Positions 41,491-56,556 of a DNA stretch of 64,000 bases are shown one piece after another. This DNA is from Anaeromyxobacteraceae bacterium (GTDB lineage Bacteria; Myxococcota; Myxococcia; Myxococcales; Anaeromyxobacteraceae). The notes below the pieces were generated by a model. It did not search any database. It worked only from the letters and a program-made list of their open reading frames with translations, and was not told the DNA's origin. A program made the position numbers and the translations under genes. Positions within the stretch are counted from its first letter, which is position 1. Every line of letters begins with the position of its first letter. The stretch covers positions 96,001-160,000 of the forward strand of contig JAULAX010000015.1 in assembly GCA_032654565.1 (NCBI GenBank), read 5' to 3'.

Positions 41491-43272
41491 ATGCGCCCAC
41501 TGATCCTCGTCGTCTCGCTGCTCCTGGCCGGTACGGCCGCCGCCGCACCGGCCCCCGGAAAGGCCGCCCCGGCCAAGGCCGCCGCCAGGCCAGCCCCCCC
41601 CGCACCGGCCCCGGCGGCCGAGCCCAAGAAGCTCGGGAACGCCGACTGCCTCGCCTGCCACGCCGACGACAGCACCGGCCGCAAGGTGGACGACAAGGTC
41701 TTCGCCGCCTCGCTCCACGGCCAGAACTCCATCTCCTGCACCGACTGCCACGACGGCTACGGCGAGGGGCCGCACGACGGCCAGGGGCCGAAGCGCTCCG
41801 ACGCCGAGCAGGCCACGCTGGCCCGCATGGCCAAGGCCAGCTGGGGCGAGGGGGCCGCGGCGGTGAAGGTGACGGCCCCGGCCGCCTACCTGGCCTGCGC
41901 CACCTGCCACGCCGAGGCCTCGGCGGCCTTCTTCGGCACCTCGATCCACGCCGCCTGGCTGCGCCAGGACGCCAAGGCGCCCGGCCCGGTCTGCGCCAGC
42001 TGCCACGGCTCGCCGCACGCGGTGGCCCGGAAGCTGGACCCCTACGCGCCGTCGGCGACCGCCCGCGTCGCCGTCCCCGCCGACCGCCGCGCCCTGCAGA
42101 GGACCTGCGAGGCCTGCCACGGCAACGAGGTCTTCGCCAAGGCCGCCGGCATGAACGCCTCGGTCAAGCACACCTACCAGGACTCCATCCACGGCCGGCT
42201 GGTGCGCGTCGGCAACGCCGAGGCCCCGGCCTGCGTCTCCTGCCACGCCTCGGGCGCGGCGGCCGGCGGCACCCACGGCATCGTCGCCAAGTCCGACCCC
42301 ACCTCGCCGGTGGCCGAGGCCAACCGCAAGAACACCTGCGCCCGCTGCCACGAGGGGGCCACCGACAACTTCGCCCGGCTCATCTCCCACAGGCCCATCC
42401 AGGAGACCGGCGGCCACATCGTCCCCCACGTCACCCACGTGGCCTTCTCCTACCTGACCACGCTGACCCTGCTCTTCTTCGCCTTCCACGTGCTCATCGA
42501 CTTCATCTACGAGCTGCGGCAGCGGCTGGCGGCCAAGCACCACGGGGTCAGCGCCGACGACATGCGGAGCGTCATCCGCTTCGACATCCACCAGCGGGCC
42601 CAGCACTGGTTCATGCTCAGCGGCGTCATCCTGCTGGGGCTGACCGGCTGGCCGCTGCGCGGCGCCGGGGTCTTCACCGGCGCGCCCATCATCGGCAACC
42701 TCGACGCCTCCGCCTACTCGGCGGCCTTCATGAAGCTCTTCGGCGGCGCCGCCGGCGCGGCCCTCTGGCACCGCATCGGCGCGGTGCTGATCATCATCTC
42801 GTCGGTCTACCACCTCTTCTACTTGACGTTCCTGGCCGCCAACAAGCGGCTGCCGCTGTCGATGCTGCCGCTCCCCAAGGACGCGCTCGACATGCGCGAC
42901 AACATCCTCTTCATGCTCGGCCTGAAGAAGGAGCGCCCCCAGTTCGACCGCTACATGTACCTGGAGAAGTTCGACTACTGGGCGGTGTTCTGGGGCATCG
43001 TCATGATGGTCGGCACCGGGTTCGTCTTCTGGTTCCCGGTCTTCTTCGCCAAGTTCGCGCCGTCCTGGGTCATCACCGCCGCCCAGATCGTCCACGGCGA
43101 GGAGGCGACGCTGGCCATCACCTTCCTCTTCGTGGTGCACTTCTACAACGTGCACCTGAAGCCCTCGATCTTCCCCATGAACTGGGCCTGGCTCAACGGC
43201 CGCATCACCGTGGCCAACCTGAAGCACGAGCACCCGGCCGAGTACGAGAAGATCAAGGACAAGCTGAAGTAA
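41491..43272 (+). CDS. CbcL-like fusion: 7-heme periplasmic cytochrome c plus membrane di-heme cytochrome b domain
   Basis: Signal peptide; 7 CxxCH; RFDIHQRAQH, WHRIGA, EKFDYWAVFWG, VHGEEATLA..VVHFYNVH. Confidence 0.85.
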   Translation: MRPLILVVSLLLAGTAAAAPAPGKAAPAKAAARPAPPAPAPAAEPKKLGNADCLACHADDSTGRKVDDKVFAASLHGQNSISCTDCHDGYGEGPHDGQGPKRSDAEQATLARMAKASWGEGAAAVKVTAPAAYLACATCHAEASAAFFGTSIHAAWLRQDAKAPGPVCASCHGSPHAVARKLDPYAPSATARVAVPADRRALQRTCEACHGNEVFAKAAGMNASVKHTYQDSIHGRLVRVGNAEAPACVSCHASGAAAGGTHGIVAKSDPTSPVAEANRKNTCARCHEGATDNFARLISHRPIQETGGHIVPHVTHVAFSYLTTLTLLFFAFHVLIDFIYELRQRLAAKHHGVSADDMRSVIRFDIHQRAQHWFMLSGVILLGLTGWPLRGAGVFTGAPIIGNLDASAYSAAFMKLFGGAAGAALWHRIGAVLIIISSVYHLFYLTFLAANKRLPLSMLPLPKDALDMRDNILFMLGLKKERPQFDRYMYLEKFDYWAVFWGIVMMVGTGFVFWFPVFFAKFAPSWVITAAQIVHGEEATLAITFLFVVHFYNVHLKPSIFPMNWAWLNGRITVANLKHEHPAEYEKIKDKLK

Positions 43273-43468
43273 CCCACGGCGCCACGCCGTCGAGGTCCGG
43301 GAGGGGTCGCGCCACACGGCGCGGCCCCCTTCCCTCAATCGCGCTGGCGCCGGCTTCTGGTGGCGCCAGCGCAAGATGCGCCCGCATCGCCCGACCTCCC
43401 CTCGCCCTGCTCGCGGGACGCCGCGGCCGCGCCCGTAGCCGTCGAAAGCGGGTAGGATGCCCGGGCCC

Positions 43469-44376
43469 ATGACCTTCGGCCCGAGCACGCGCAACCTGCT
43501 CCTCGCCGCCGCCGCCATCCTGCTCGTGGCCGGGCTGGGCGGCTTCCTGCGCTTCAAGAAGTTCGTCGACGAGGACCCGCGCCTCTGCGCCACCTGCCAC
43601 CGCGCCAGCCCGGAGTTCTCGCTCTGGCTGGCCGGCAGCCACAAGTCGGTCTCCTGCCAGAAGTGCCACCACTCCACGCCCGAGCAGGGTGTGGCCATGC
43701 TGCGCGCCTTCGTGGCCGGCAAGATGCCCAAGGGCAAGCACGCCGAGGTGGAGGTGGGCGCCTGCGCCGCCTGCCACCTCTCCCACGACCCGCGCTGGCC
43801 GCAGATCGGCGCCTCCCGCGGCCACCGGCTCCACTTCGACCAGCAGAAGATCGCCTGCGTGAAGTGCCACGCCGCCAGCGTCCACGGCTTCGAGCCGGTC
43901 ACCTCGGCCTGCGTCGAGTGCCACGGCAAGCACCTGGTGGGCGTGGCCGGCATGACCCGGCTCCACTGCTTCGCCTGCCACGAGTTCCTCACCACCGAGT
44001 CGGGGCTGCGCCCCACCCGCCGCGACTGCATGCGCTGCCACACCGCCCAGGGCATCCACGCCCCCATGAACGACCACGGCAGCGCCATGGAGATGGCCTG
44101 CGCCGCCTGCCACAAGCCGCACGCCCCGCCCGGCCAGGTGACGCTCAACTGCGTCACCTGCCACAAGGAGATGAAGAAGGGCGGGCTGCACCGGCTGCCC
44201 GGCCACCAGCACTGCACCGCCTGCCACAAGCCGCACACCTGGAAGGCGGAGGAGCCGGCCTGCGCCGCCTGCCACCCCAAGGCCGCCGCCCACGCCGGGG
44301 GCAAGGCCTGCGGCGGCTGCCACGCCTTCGGCGGCGCCCCGCTGCCGCCCCGGGCCCCGTCGGACACCCCGCCCCC

Positions 44377-44380
<4 letters not shown>
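43469..44380 (+). CDS. Multiheme cytochrome c, 12 CxxCH, N-terminal anchor or signal
   Basis: CATCH, CQKCH, CAACH, CVKCH, CVECH, CFACH, CMRCH, CAACH, CVTCH, CTACH, CAACH, CGGCH. Confidence 0.9.
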
Positions 44381-45885
<1,505 letters not shown>

Positions 45886-45886
45886 C

Positions 45887-47256
<1,370 letters not shown>

Positions 47257-47260
<4 letters not shown>

Positions 47261-47778
47261 GCCCGGGGCGGCGCCGCGACCGGCCGACGGCGCCGGGCCG
47301 GTCGAGGCCGGCGAGCGCGGCGGTGAGGATCCGGCGCGGCCGGCCCGCCGAGGCGGCGGCCATCGCCCGGGTGATGCGGGCGGCGGTGCGCGGGCAGGGG
47401 GACCGCTACCCGGCGGCGGTGCGGGAGGCCTGGGGCTCCCTGCCGGCCCTCTACCACCGCTGGGCCATGACCGCGGGCGGCGAGCGCTACCTGGTGGCGG
47501 CGCGCGGGGCGCGGCTGGTGGCCTACGCGGCCTGGCGCGGCGGCGAGCTGACGGCGCTGTTCGTGCGCCCCGGCGAGGGGGGGCACGGGCTGGGGTCGAG
47601 GCTGCTGGCGCGGCTCGAGGCCGAGGCCCGGGCTGGCGGGGCGGGGCGGCTCACCATGGTGGCGGCGCCGGGCGTGGTCGCCTACTACGCGGCGCGCGGC
47701 TGGAGGCGGGGGCGGTCGGTCCGCTCGCCGCTGCCGGGCGGGGGGGCGTTGCCGGCGGTCCGGATGTGGAAGCCGTGA
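47257..47778 (+). CDS. GNAT-family acetyltransferase
   Basis: LFVRPGEGGHGLGSRLL motif A, AYYAARGW. Confidence 0.75.
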
Positions 47779-47788
47779 GCCCCTGAGG

Positions 47789-47935
47789 CCCGACCGAGGG
47801 TTCCGTCGTTCGGCCGGGCCGGCCGCGGCGCGGACCCCCCGGCCGGGGCGACCGGCGTTCAAGGCCTCGGTATCACTTGGTTGCCGATGACCCTCGGTCG
47901 GGTTCGCCTCGGCAGACCGATTACTCTCGGTCAGG
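47789..47935. repeat. Cluster of three CC(C/T)GACCGAG(G/A)GT repeats, including a perfect 13-bp inverted pair
   Basis: 47789-47801 (+), 47890-47902 (-), 47923-47935 (-). Confidence 0.7.
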
Positions 47936-47953
47936 TTCAGCGGGTCGGGGTGA

Positions 47954-49375
<1,422 letters not shown>

Positions 49376-49400
49376 GACCCCTTCTCCCGACCGAGGGTAA

Positions 49401-49436
49401 CCATGACGCGGCCAGACCGCGTCATGGGCCTCTTTT
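49401..49436 (+). terminator. Intrinsic terminator after argG
   Basis: ccatgacgcgg-ccaga-ccgcgtcatgg followed by gcctctttt. Confidence 0.6.
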
Positions 49437-49487
49437 CAGCCATTTGGCCGATACCCGATAACGCGTTCAGCCTGGGTGCGCCCGGAC

Positions 49488-50417
49488 TCAGAGCCGTCCG
49501 CAGGGGCGCCGGAACGGGCAGCGGCGGCAGTGCTCCCGGTCCTCGATCTGGGGGAAGTCCTCCACCCGGGCCACGTTCTTCTCCCGGTCGGTGAGGGCCG
49601 CGCGCATCTCGGCGATCGAGCCGCGCATCAGCTCCCGGCAGGCCTCCAGCGACGCCTCGTCGGCCGCCACGCTGGTCCGCTCGGCCGGGCGGCCGTCGGC
49701 CTGGACCAGGTAGACCAGCCCGCCCACCACCCCGTCCGGCTCGACCTCCCACTTCTGCCGCGCGTAGAGCGCGTAGCTGGCCACCTGGGTGTGGTCCACC
49801 CCGCGCTCCTTGCCGGTCTTCCAGTCGAGCAGGTGGACCCGCCCCTCGGCGTCCCGGTAGGCGAAGTCGACCGCCACCCAGATCTTGGTCCCCTCGAAGA
49901 ACCAGTGGTCGAGCTCGTCGACGCCCAGCCAGCGCTCCCGCGGCGTGCGCCTGATCTCCTCCAGCACCTCCGACCGGTAGAAGGCCCGCAGCGAGCCGTC
50001 CACCACGTCCTCGTAGAGCCGCTTCCAGTCGGCGTCGGCCACCGGCTCGGCGTACTCGTGCTCGGTGAGCCCGACGATCTTCGAGGACTCCCGCCAGTAG
50101 CTCTTGTCGCGCGAGGCGCCGAACTGGGCCCGGGCCTTGAGCCGGGTCTGCTCCAGCAGCCGCTCCAGCGGCCAGAAGTCCCCGGAGACGCGGGCCCGGG
50201 TCAGCAGCTGCTTGATGGCGTCGTGCACCACCGAGCCCGACCACTGCCAGCGCGAGGAGAGCTTCTTCAGCACGTAGAGCTCGCGCACCGGCGAGCCGGC
50301 GGGCGCCGACCAGCCCCCCCAGCTGCCGTAGTAGGCGTCGAAGTAGGCCCGGCGGCACTCCCGGAACTTGTCGTGCCTCGACTTGGACCAGCTGAACTCG
50401 TTCTTGAGGTCGGCCAT
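49488..50417 (-). CDS. PD-(D/E)XK nuclease, RecB/AddB/Cas4-like with probable Fe-S cluster
   Basis: FSWSKSR..FRECRR, GSVVH, VDF..LLDWKTG, QVASYA, CRRCPFRRPC. Confidence 0.85.
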   Translation of the reverse strand: MADLKNEFSWSKSRHDKFRECRRAYFDAYYGSWGGWSAPAGSPVRELYVLKKLSSRWQWSGSVVHDAIKQLLTRARVSGDFWPLERLLEQTRLKARAQFGASRDKSYWRESSKIVGLTEHEYAEPVADADWKRLYEDVVDGSLRAFYRSEVLEEIRRTPRERWLGVDELDHWFFEGTKIWVAVDFAYRDAEGRVHLLDWKTGKERGVDHTQVASYALYARQKWEVEPDGVVGGLVYLVQADGRPAERTSVAADEASLEACRELMRGSIAEMRAALTDREKNVARVEDFPQIEDREHCRRCPFRRPCGRL

Positions 50418-50565
50418 GAGCGGTGCCGGGCAGTCTAGCCCGACCCGGGACCTGGCGATCCGGCGACGCGCCGGGGGGTCACGTTTCTCCCCGCGGCGCC
50501 TCCTTGAGGGGCGGTGAAATATGGCCGCGGGCTGGCCGTAGCGATCGCCGGAGCACCATCGGAAC

Positions 50566-53169
50566 ATGCGCACGCTGGCCCTCGCGGCCCTCCTCCTCCC
50601 GGCCCTGGCTGGCGCCGCCGCCCCCGGCGCACCGGTCCGCGCCGTCCGGCTCTCCACCCCGCTCGCCATCGACGGCCGGCTCGACGAGCCGGCCTGGGAC
50701 GCCGCCCCGGCCCACGACGGCTTCGTCCAGCTCTTCCCGGAGGAGGGGAAGCCGCCGTCCCAGCGGACCGAGGTGCGCGTCCTCTACGACGACCGCAACC
50801 TCTACGTCGGCGTCCTCTGCCGCGACACCGAGCCGGAGAAGATCCAGCGCCCGCTGGGCCGGCGTGACAGCGCCCCCTTCTCCGACAAGGTGGCGATCTA
50901 CCTCGACTCGATGCACGACCGGCGCACCGCCTACGTCTTCCAGCTCAACGCCGCCGGCGTGCAGTCGGACTGGCTCTTCTACGGCGACGACCAGGAGAAC
51001 ACCGACTGGGACGCCGTCTGGGAGGGCGCCACGGCCGCGGTCACCGACGGGTGGTCGGCCGAGTTCGTGCTGCCGCTCTCCATCTTCCGCTTCTCGCCGG
51101 CCGCCCAGCAGACCTGGGCCATCGGCGTGAAGCGCACTTTGGCCCGCACCCGCGAGGAGCTCATCTCCATCCAGCTCAAGCGGGCGGACCGGGGCGTGGT
51201 GGCCCACTTCGCCGACCTGACCGGCCTGGCCGGGCTGCAGCCGGTGCAGGAGTTCTCGGTCGCTCCCTCCCTGGCGCTGCGCCTCGTGAAACACCCCCAG
51301 TTCAGCGACACCACCCGGCCGCGGCCCCGCCTGCTCGACCCCAGCGGCGACCTCGGAGTGGACCTGCGCGCCTCGCTGGGGCGCGGCCTCTCGCTCCAGG
51401 CCAGCGTGAACCCGGACTTCGGGCAGGTCGAGGCCGACCAGCTCCACCAGAACCTCTCCTCCTTCGAGCTCTTCTTCCCGGAGAAGCGACCCTTCTTCAC
51501 CCAGGGCATGGACCTCTTCCAGGGCCCCACCCCGCACAACCAGCCCTCGCCGCAGCAGCTCTTCTACTCCCGCCGCATCGGCCTGGACGCGCCCATCCTG
51601 GCGGCCGCCAAGCTGACCGGGCGGCTCAGCGACGAGCTGCAGGTGGGGCTGGTGCAGGCGCTGGTGACCGGGGCCGCCGCGCCGGCCGGATCCACCGAGG
51701 ACGCCCCGGTGCGCCGCTATCGCTTCTCCTCGGCGCAGCCCCTCCACTTCGGCCTGGCCGGAGCCTTCCCCTCCGTGGCCCCGGCCACCCGCCTCTTCCT
51801 GGCCGCGGTGGCGCGCTGGCAGCCCGCCCCCACCCTCTCGCTGGGACTCTCCGCCACCGACGCCCTCCCTCTCGACCAGGACTGCACCACCGCCCAGGCC
51901 AACAGCTCCGGCCAGCGGCCCAGCCGCTGCGACGTGCTGGCCGGCAGCGCCCTGGCGCTCGACTGGAACCTGCGCTCGGCCGACTCGGAGTGGTTCCTGC
52001 GTGGCCAGCTGACCGGCTCGCGCTACGCCGGCGGGGCCTACACCGCGCAGGAGGATCCGCTGAGCGGCCTGCCCCTCCAGCGGGCGCGTCGGCGGGTGCT
52101 CTCCGACGGCACCGTGCTCCGGCCCGGCGACCTGGGCTGGGGTGGCTTCGTGGCCTTCGGGCGCAACGGCGGCGAACCCTGGCGGTTCGACGTGGACCTC
52201 GAGTACCAGTCGCCCGGGCTGGACCTCAACGCGGTCGGCTACCAGCGGACCCAGAACGAGGTGCGCCTCCGCCCCATCGCCCGCTTCGTGCGCCCCACCG
52301 GCGGCGGTCCCTTCCACGAGTACGCCTTCCTGCTCGGCGGCGACCTGCGCGCCACCACCGACGGGGCGCTGCGGCGCCGCTCGGCCACCCTCTTCGCCGT
52401 CGCCTCCGGCCAGCTCAGGGGCTTCCATGGCTTCGAGTGCGAGGCCGACCTGGACCTCCCCGGGGACGACGTCCGGGAGATCTCCGGGACCGGCATCGCC
52501 TTCGGCCGCGCCGGCTCCTGGAACGGCAGCTGCAGCGCCTTCACCGACCAGTCGCGGCCGGTCTTCCTCGAGGCCTACGCCGGGGCCGGGCGCAGCCTGC
52601 CGCTGGCCCCGCTGCGCACCGTCTCCTTCCTCTGGGCTGGCGGCCTGGTCTCGGTCCGGCCGCATCCCAGCGTGGAGACCCGCCTGGCCGTTGGCCACGA
52701 GCGCTCCCGCTGGCCGGCTCGCTGGGTGGAGACCGCCGCCTCGGGCGAGCAGCTCTTCGCCGAGCTGGTCGCCCCGGTGGTCTCCATCACCCTGCGGCAG
52801 CAGCTCCTGCTCTCCCCGCGCCTCACCCTGCAGGCCTACGCGCAGCTCTTCGTGGCCAGCGGCCGCTACGGCCCGACCTACAGCGGCAGCGCGCCGGCCG
52901 GCGGCCGGATCCGCAGCGCCGACCTGGTGCCCGGCGGCGTGCCCACGGAGTCGCCCGACTTCCACCACACGGCGCTCAACCTGAGCGCGGTGGTGCGCTG
53001 GGAGTACCGGCTCGGGTCGACGCTCTACCTGGTCTACGCCCGCGCGGCGACCGAGCCCGGACGCGCTGCCGGCGAGCTGCCGGAGTCCGGCCTCGGGCCG
53101 GTCGGCCTGGGGCGCGGTCCGACCACCGACACCGTCCTGGTGAAGTGGACCTGGTACTGGAGCGCCTGA
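50566..53169 (+). CDS. Secreted CBM9-like plus DUF5916-type outer-membrane protein
   Basis: Signal peptide; IDGRLDEPAW, TEVRVLYD..LYVG, NPDFGQVEAD, FFPEKRPFF, terminal VKWTWYW. Confidence 0.82.
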   Translation: MRTLALAALLLPALAGAAAPGAPVRAVRLSTPLAIDGRLDEPAWDAAPAHDGFVQLFPEEGKPPSQRTEVRVLYDDRNLYVGVLCRDTEPEKIQRPLGRRDSAPFSDKVAIYLDSMHDRRTAYVFQLNAAGVQSDWLFYGDDQENTDWDAVWEGATAAVTDGWSAEFVLPLSIFRFSPAAQQTWAIGVKRTLARTREELISIQLKRADRGVVAHFADLTGLAGLQPVQEFSVAPSLALRLVKHPQFSDTTRPRPRLLDPSGDLGVDLRASLGRGLSLQASVNPDFGQVEADQLHQNLSSFELFFPEKRPFFTQGMDLFQGPTPHNQPSPQQLFYSRRIGLDAPILAAAKLTGRLSDELQVGLVQALVTGAAAPAGSTEDAPVRRYRFSSAQPLHFGLAGAFPSVAPATRLFLAAVARWQPAPTLSLGLSATDALPLDQDCTTAQANSSGQRPSRCDVLAGSALALDWNLRSADSEWFLRGQLTGSRYAGGAYTAQEDPLSGLPLQRARRRVLSDGTVLRPGDLGWGGFVAFGRNGGEPWRFDVDLEYQSPGLDLNAVGYQRTQNEVRLRPIARFVRPTGGGPFHEYAFLLGGDLRATTDGALRRRSATLFAVASGQLRGFHGFECEADLDLPGDDVREISGTGIAFGRAGSWNGSCSAFTDQSRPVFLEAYAGAGRSLPLAPLRTVSFLWAGGLVSVRPHPSVETRLAVGHERSRWPARWVETAASGEQLFAELVAPVVSITLRQQLLLSPRLTLQAYAQLFVASGRYGPTYSGSAPAGGRIRSADLVPGGVPTESPDFHHTALNLSAVVRWEYRLGSTLYLVYARAATEPGRAAGELPESGLGPVGLGRGPTTDTVLVKWTWYWSA

Positions 53170-53190
53170 GGCCGCGGGGCCCCGCGCCGG

Positions 53191-54429
53191 TCAGCCCGGC
53201 TCGACGCGCATCCCCTTGGGGATGACCACGATGCCGCTCTCGGTGACGTGGAAGCGCCGCCTGTCGGCCTCCAGGTCGTAGCCGATCACGGTGCCGGCCG
53301 GGATCTCCACGTGCTTGTCGATGATGGCCCGGCGGATCTTGCAGTGGCGGGCGATGGTCACCTTCTCGAAGATGATGCAGTCCTCCACCGTCGAGTAGCT
53401 GTTGAGCCGAACCCCGGTGCCGAGGATGGAGTGGTGCACCGAGGTGCCGGAGACGATGCACCCCTCGGAGATGATCGAGTCGGTGGCCTTGCCCACCCGC
53501 CCCTCGGCGGCGTTGTTGAAGACGAACTTGGCCGGCGGGGCGTTGGTGTGCATGGTGTAGATGGGCCAGCGGTCGTTGTAGAGGGAGAAGATGGGGTTGA
53601 CCTCGACCAGATCCATGTTGGCCTGGAAGTAGGCGTCCAGGTTCCCCACGTCGCGCCAGTAGCCACGCTCCCGCTCCGTCTGGTTGGGGATCTCGTTGGT
53701 GGCGAAGTTGTAGACGAAGACGTTCTTGCGCCGGTACATCCCGGTGACGATCGACTTGCCGAAGTCGTGGGCGCTCTGGGCGTCGCCGGCGTCGTTGACG
53801 ATCTCCTGCACCAGCTCCTTGGTGGTGAAGAGGTAGTTGCCCATCGAGGCCAGGCAGCGGGTCGGGTCGCCGGGGATGGTGGTGGGGTTGGCCTTGGGCT
53901 TCTCCACGAAGCCGATCATCCGCCCCTCGCCGTCCACCTCGATGATGCCGAAGTCGTGGGCCTCCTCGACGGGCACCGGGATGGCCGCCACCGTCAGGTC
54001 GGCCTTCCGGTCGGTGTGGAAGTCGAGCATCTGCCGCACGTCCATGCGGTAGATGTTGTCGGCCCCGAAGACGAAGGTGTACTCCGGCTCCTCGTCGGTG
54101 ATGATGTTGAGGTTCTGGTAGATGGCGTCGGCGGAGCCCTCGAACCACTTGGGCCCGTAGCGCATCTGCGCCGGGACGATCTCCACGTACTGGTTGAGGA
54201 AGGCGGAGAGCCGCCAGGCCCGCTGCACGTGGGTGTTGAGCGACTCCGACTTGTACTGCACCAGCACCTTCACCTTGAGGATGCCGGAGTTGGCGAAGTT
54301 GGAGAGGACGAAGTCGATGATGCGGTAGCGGCCGCCGAAGGGGACCGCCGGCTTGGCGCGATCGCGGGTGAGCGGATCGAGCCTCCGCCCCTCACCACCT
54401 GCCAGCACCATCGCCAGGAGCTTTGCCAT
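53191..54429 (-). CDS. glgC: Glucose-1-phosphate adenylyltransferase
   Basis: [41 protein letters not shown]. Confidence 0.96.
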   Translation of the reverse strand: MAKLLAMVLAGGEGRRLDPLTRDRAKPAVPFGGRYRIIDFVLSNFANSGILKVKVLVQYKSESLNTHVQRAWRLSAFLNQYVEIVPAQMRYGPKWFEGSADAIYQNLNIITDEEPEYTFVFGADNIYRMDVRQMLDFHTDRKADLTVAAIPVPVEEAHDFGIIEVDGEGRMIGFVEKPKANPTTIPGDPTRCLASMGNYLFTTKELVQEIVNDAGDAQSAHDFGKSIVTGMYRRKNVFVYNFATNEIPNQTERERGYWRDVGNLDAYFQANMDLVEVNPIFSLYNDRWPIYTMHTNAPPAKFVFNNAAEGRVGKATDSIISEGCIVSGTSVHHSILGTGVRLNSYSTVEDCIIFEKVTIARHCKIRRAIIDKHVEIPAGTVIGYDLEADRRRFHVTESGIVVIPKGMRVEPG

Positions 54430-54520
54430 GCGTTGACTCCTCCCCGAAGTCGTCCCCGGAATCTAAGGCCGCGCGGCGGGCGCGGCAAGGATCGGGCGGC
54501 GCCCCGGCGCGGCCCCGGCC

Positions 54521-55009
54521 TCAGCGGCTGGGGCGGAGCACCGGGCCGAACCCCGCCTCGTGGGCCAGCAGCCGCCGCTTCACCTCCAGCCCGCCGGCGT
54601 AACCGCCCAGCCGGCCGCCGGCCGCCACCACCCGGTGGCAGGGGACCAGGATGGCCACCGGGTTCCTGGCGTTGGCCGCCCCCACGGCGCGCGCCGCCCC
54701 GGGGTGGCCGAGCGCCTCGGCCAGCTCGCCATAGGTGCGCTGCTCGCCGAAGGGGATGTCGAGCAGGGCCCGCCAGACCATGAGCTGGAACGGGCTGCCC
54801 CGCAGGTCGAGGGCGGGGAGCGGCGGCGGGCGCCCGGCGAAGTACTCGGCCAGCGCCTCGCGGGCCGCCCCGAGGTGGCCGCGGACCAGCGCCGAGACGG
54901 CCGGGCCGGTCGCCCCCTGCTCGCCGAAGACCAGGCCGAAGACCCCCTGCTCGCCGGCCTCGATGGTCAGCCAGCCGAACGGGGCGCGGAAGCGGGCCCG
55001 GCCGCTCAC
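54521..55009 (-). CDS. ogt: Methylated-DNA-protein-cysteine methyltransferase
   Basis: IPFGEQRTYGELA, ARAVG, PCHRV; GTG overlaps the upstream stop. Confidence 0.92.
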   Translation of the reverse strand: MSGRARFRAPFGWLTIEAGEQGVFGLVFGEQGATGPAVSALVRGHLGAAREALAEYFAGRPPPLPALDLRGSPFQLMVWRALLDIPFGEQRTYGELAEALGHPGAARAVGAANARNPVAILVPCHRVVAAGGRLGGYAGGLEVKRRLLAHEAGFGPVLRPSR

Positions 55010-56100
55010 CCGGGGGCCCCCGGCGGCGGCGCGAAGCGGGCCCGCACCTCGGCGATCTCCCGGTTCACCTGGGCCAGCAGGTCGGCCTTCTCGCGGAAGG
55101 GCAGGAAGGCGCTCTTGAACCCCTGCACCGTCAGGGTGCAGAGGTCGTCGAGCGTGAACCCCAGCTCGCGGTGGGCCAGCAGCAGCTCGCGGGTGCAGGT
55201 GGTGTCGGTGATGAGCCGGTTGTCGGTGCTCACCGTCACCCGCAGGCCGAAGTCGAAGTAGAACTTGAGCGGGTGGGCCGAGAGGCCGGCCACCGAGCCG
55301 GTCTGGACGTTGGAGGAGGGGCACATCTCCAGCGGGATGCGGTGGTCGTTGACGTAGTTGAGCAGGTCGCCGCTCTCCCGCAGCCGGACCCCGTGGCCGA
55401 TGCGGTGGGCCCCGCAGACGTGGACCGCCTGGGCGATCGACTCCGGGCCGTAGGCCTCGCCGGCGTGGATGGTGAGGTTGACGTTGTTGTCGAGGATGAG
55501 CTGGAGCGCCTCGCGGTGGGCGCTGGGGGGATTGCCCTCCTCGGCGCCGGCCAGGTCGAAGCCCACCACGCCCTTCCCCTTGTAGGCCACCGCCAGCTCG
55601 GCCAGCCGCACCGAGGTGACCGGGTCCATGTGGCGGATGCCGCAGATGATGACGTGGGAGCGGATGCCGGTCTCGCGCTTGGCCCGCCGCAGGCCGTCGA
55701 GCACGGCGTCGACGATGGTGGTGGGCTTCAGCCCCTCGCGGGTGTGCAGCACCGGGGAGTAGCGCACCTCCAGGTAGCGGACGTTCTCGGCGGCGCAGTC
55801 GAGGGCCAGCTCGTAGGCGGCCCGCTGCAGCGCCTCCTCGGTCTGCAGCACCGCCAGGGTGACGTCGAAGGCGGTCAGGTAGTCCTCCAGCGAGCCGCAG
55901 ACCTTCCCCTGGTGGATGGCGGCGGCCAGCCCCTCCGGCGTGTCGGCGGGGAGCCGCACCCCCTGCCGCTCGGCCAGCGCCAGGATGGTGCCGAGCCGCA
56001 GCGAGCCGTCGAGGTGGCAGTGCAGGTCGGTCTTGGGGAGGGCGTGGACCAGCGCCTCGGTGACCGGGGCGGCGGCGGCTCGGTGCGGCGCGGCGCTCAT
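55006..56100 (-). CDS. add: Adenosine deaminase family protein
   Basis: DLHCHLDGS, GFDLAG, TIHAGE, RIGHG, CPSSN, STDN. Confidence 0.88.
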   Translation of the reverse strand: MSAAPHRAAAAPVTEALVHALPKTDLHCHLDGSLRLGTILALAERQGVRLPADTPEGLAAAIHQGKVCGSLEDYLTAFDVTLAVLQTEEALQRAAYELALDCAAENVRYLEVRYSPVLHTREGLKPTTIVDAVLDGLRRAKRETGIRSHVIICGIRHMDPVTSVRLAELAVAYKGKGVVGFDLAGAEEGNPPSAHREALQLILDNNVNLTIHAGEAYGPESIAQAVHVCGAHRIGHGVRLRESGDLLNYVNDHRIPLEMCPSSNVQTGSVAGLSAHPLKFYFDFGLRVTVSTDNRLITDTTCTRELLLAHRELGFTLDDLCTLTVQGFKSAFLPFREKADLLAQVNREIAEVRARFAPPPGAPG

Positions 56101-56150
56101 GCGGCCATCTTACGCCCCCGGCGACGGCGGGCGCGTGCCATCATCGGGGC

Positions 56151-56489
56151 ATGACCCGTCGCCTCACCGCGTTCGTCGTCCGCTGGGTGGTCTCCGCCGG
56201 AGTGCTCTGGACCGCCGTGGGGCTGGTCTCGCCGGGCAACGCCGACAACACCTTCGTCCAGGCGGTGGTGATCTCGGCGGTCCTCTCCATCGCCTACTAC
56301 CTGACCCTGGCCAGGTTCCTCTGGTTCCTGCTCCTGCCCTGGCTGCTCTACGCCTTCATCTGGCTGGGCACGGTGATGGCGACCTACGGCCTCGGCCTGC
56401 TGCAGGCCCTGGTGCTGGCGCTCGGCCTGGTCTTCCTCTCCTGGCTGGTGGAGTGGCTGCTGGGGGTGAAGACCTTCCGCTCCGAGTAG
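56151..56489 (+). CDS. Small 4-TM membrane protein
   Basis: Hydrophobic 112 aa, good codon bias. Confidence 0.75.
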   Translation: MTRRLTAFVVRWVVSAGVLWTAVGLVSPGNADNTFVQAVVISAVLSIAYYLTLARFLWFLLLPWLLYAFIWLGTVMATYGLGLLQALVLALGLVFLSWLVEWLLGVKTFRSE

Positions 56490-56556
56490 GCCCCCGGCCC
56501 GCCGGGCCCGGCCCCGCCGCGGCGCGCGCCGACCGGTCGCGGCCGGCGCCCTCCGC

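Noticed and set aside
49455..49471. Myxococcus-type LexA box (..GTTCAGC)
   Set aside because: Imperfect match located between convergent gene ends, not in a promoter.
55006..56100. add as aminodeoxyfutalosine deaminase linked to mqnD
   Set aside because: 38 kb from mqnD, and substrate specificity cannot be read from the sequence by eye.
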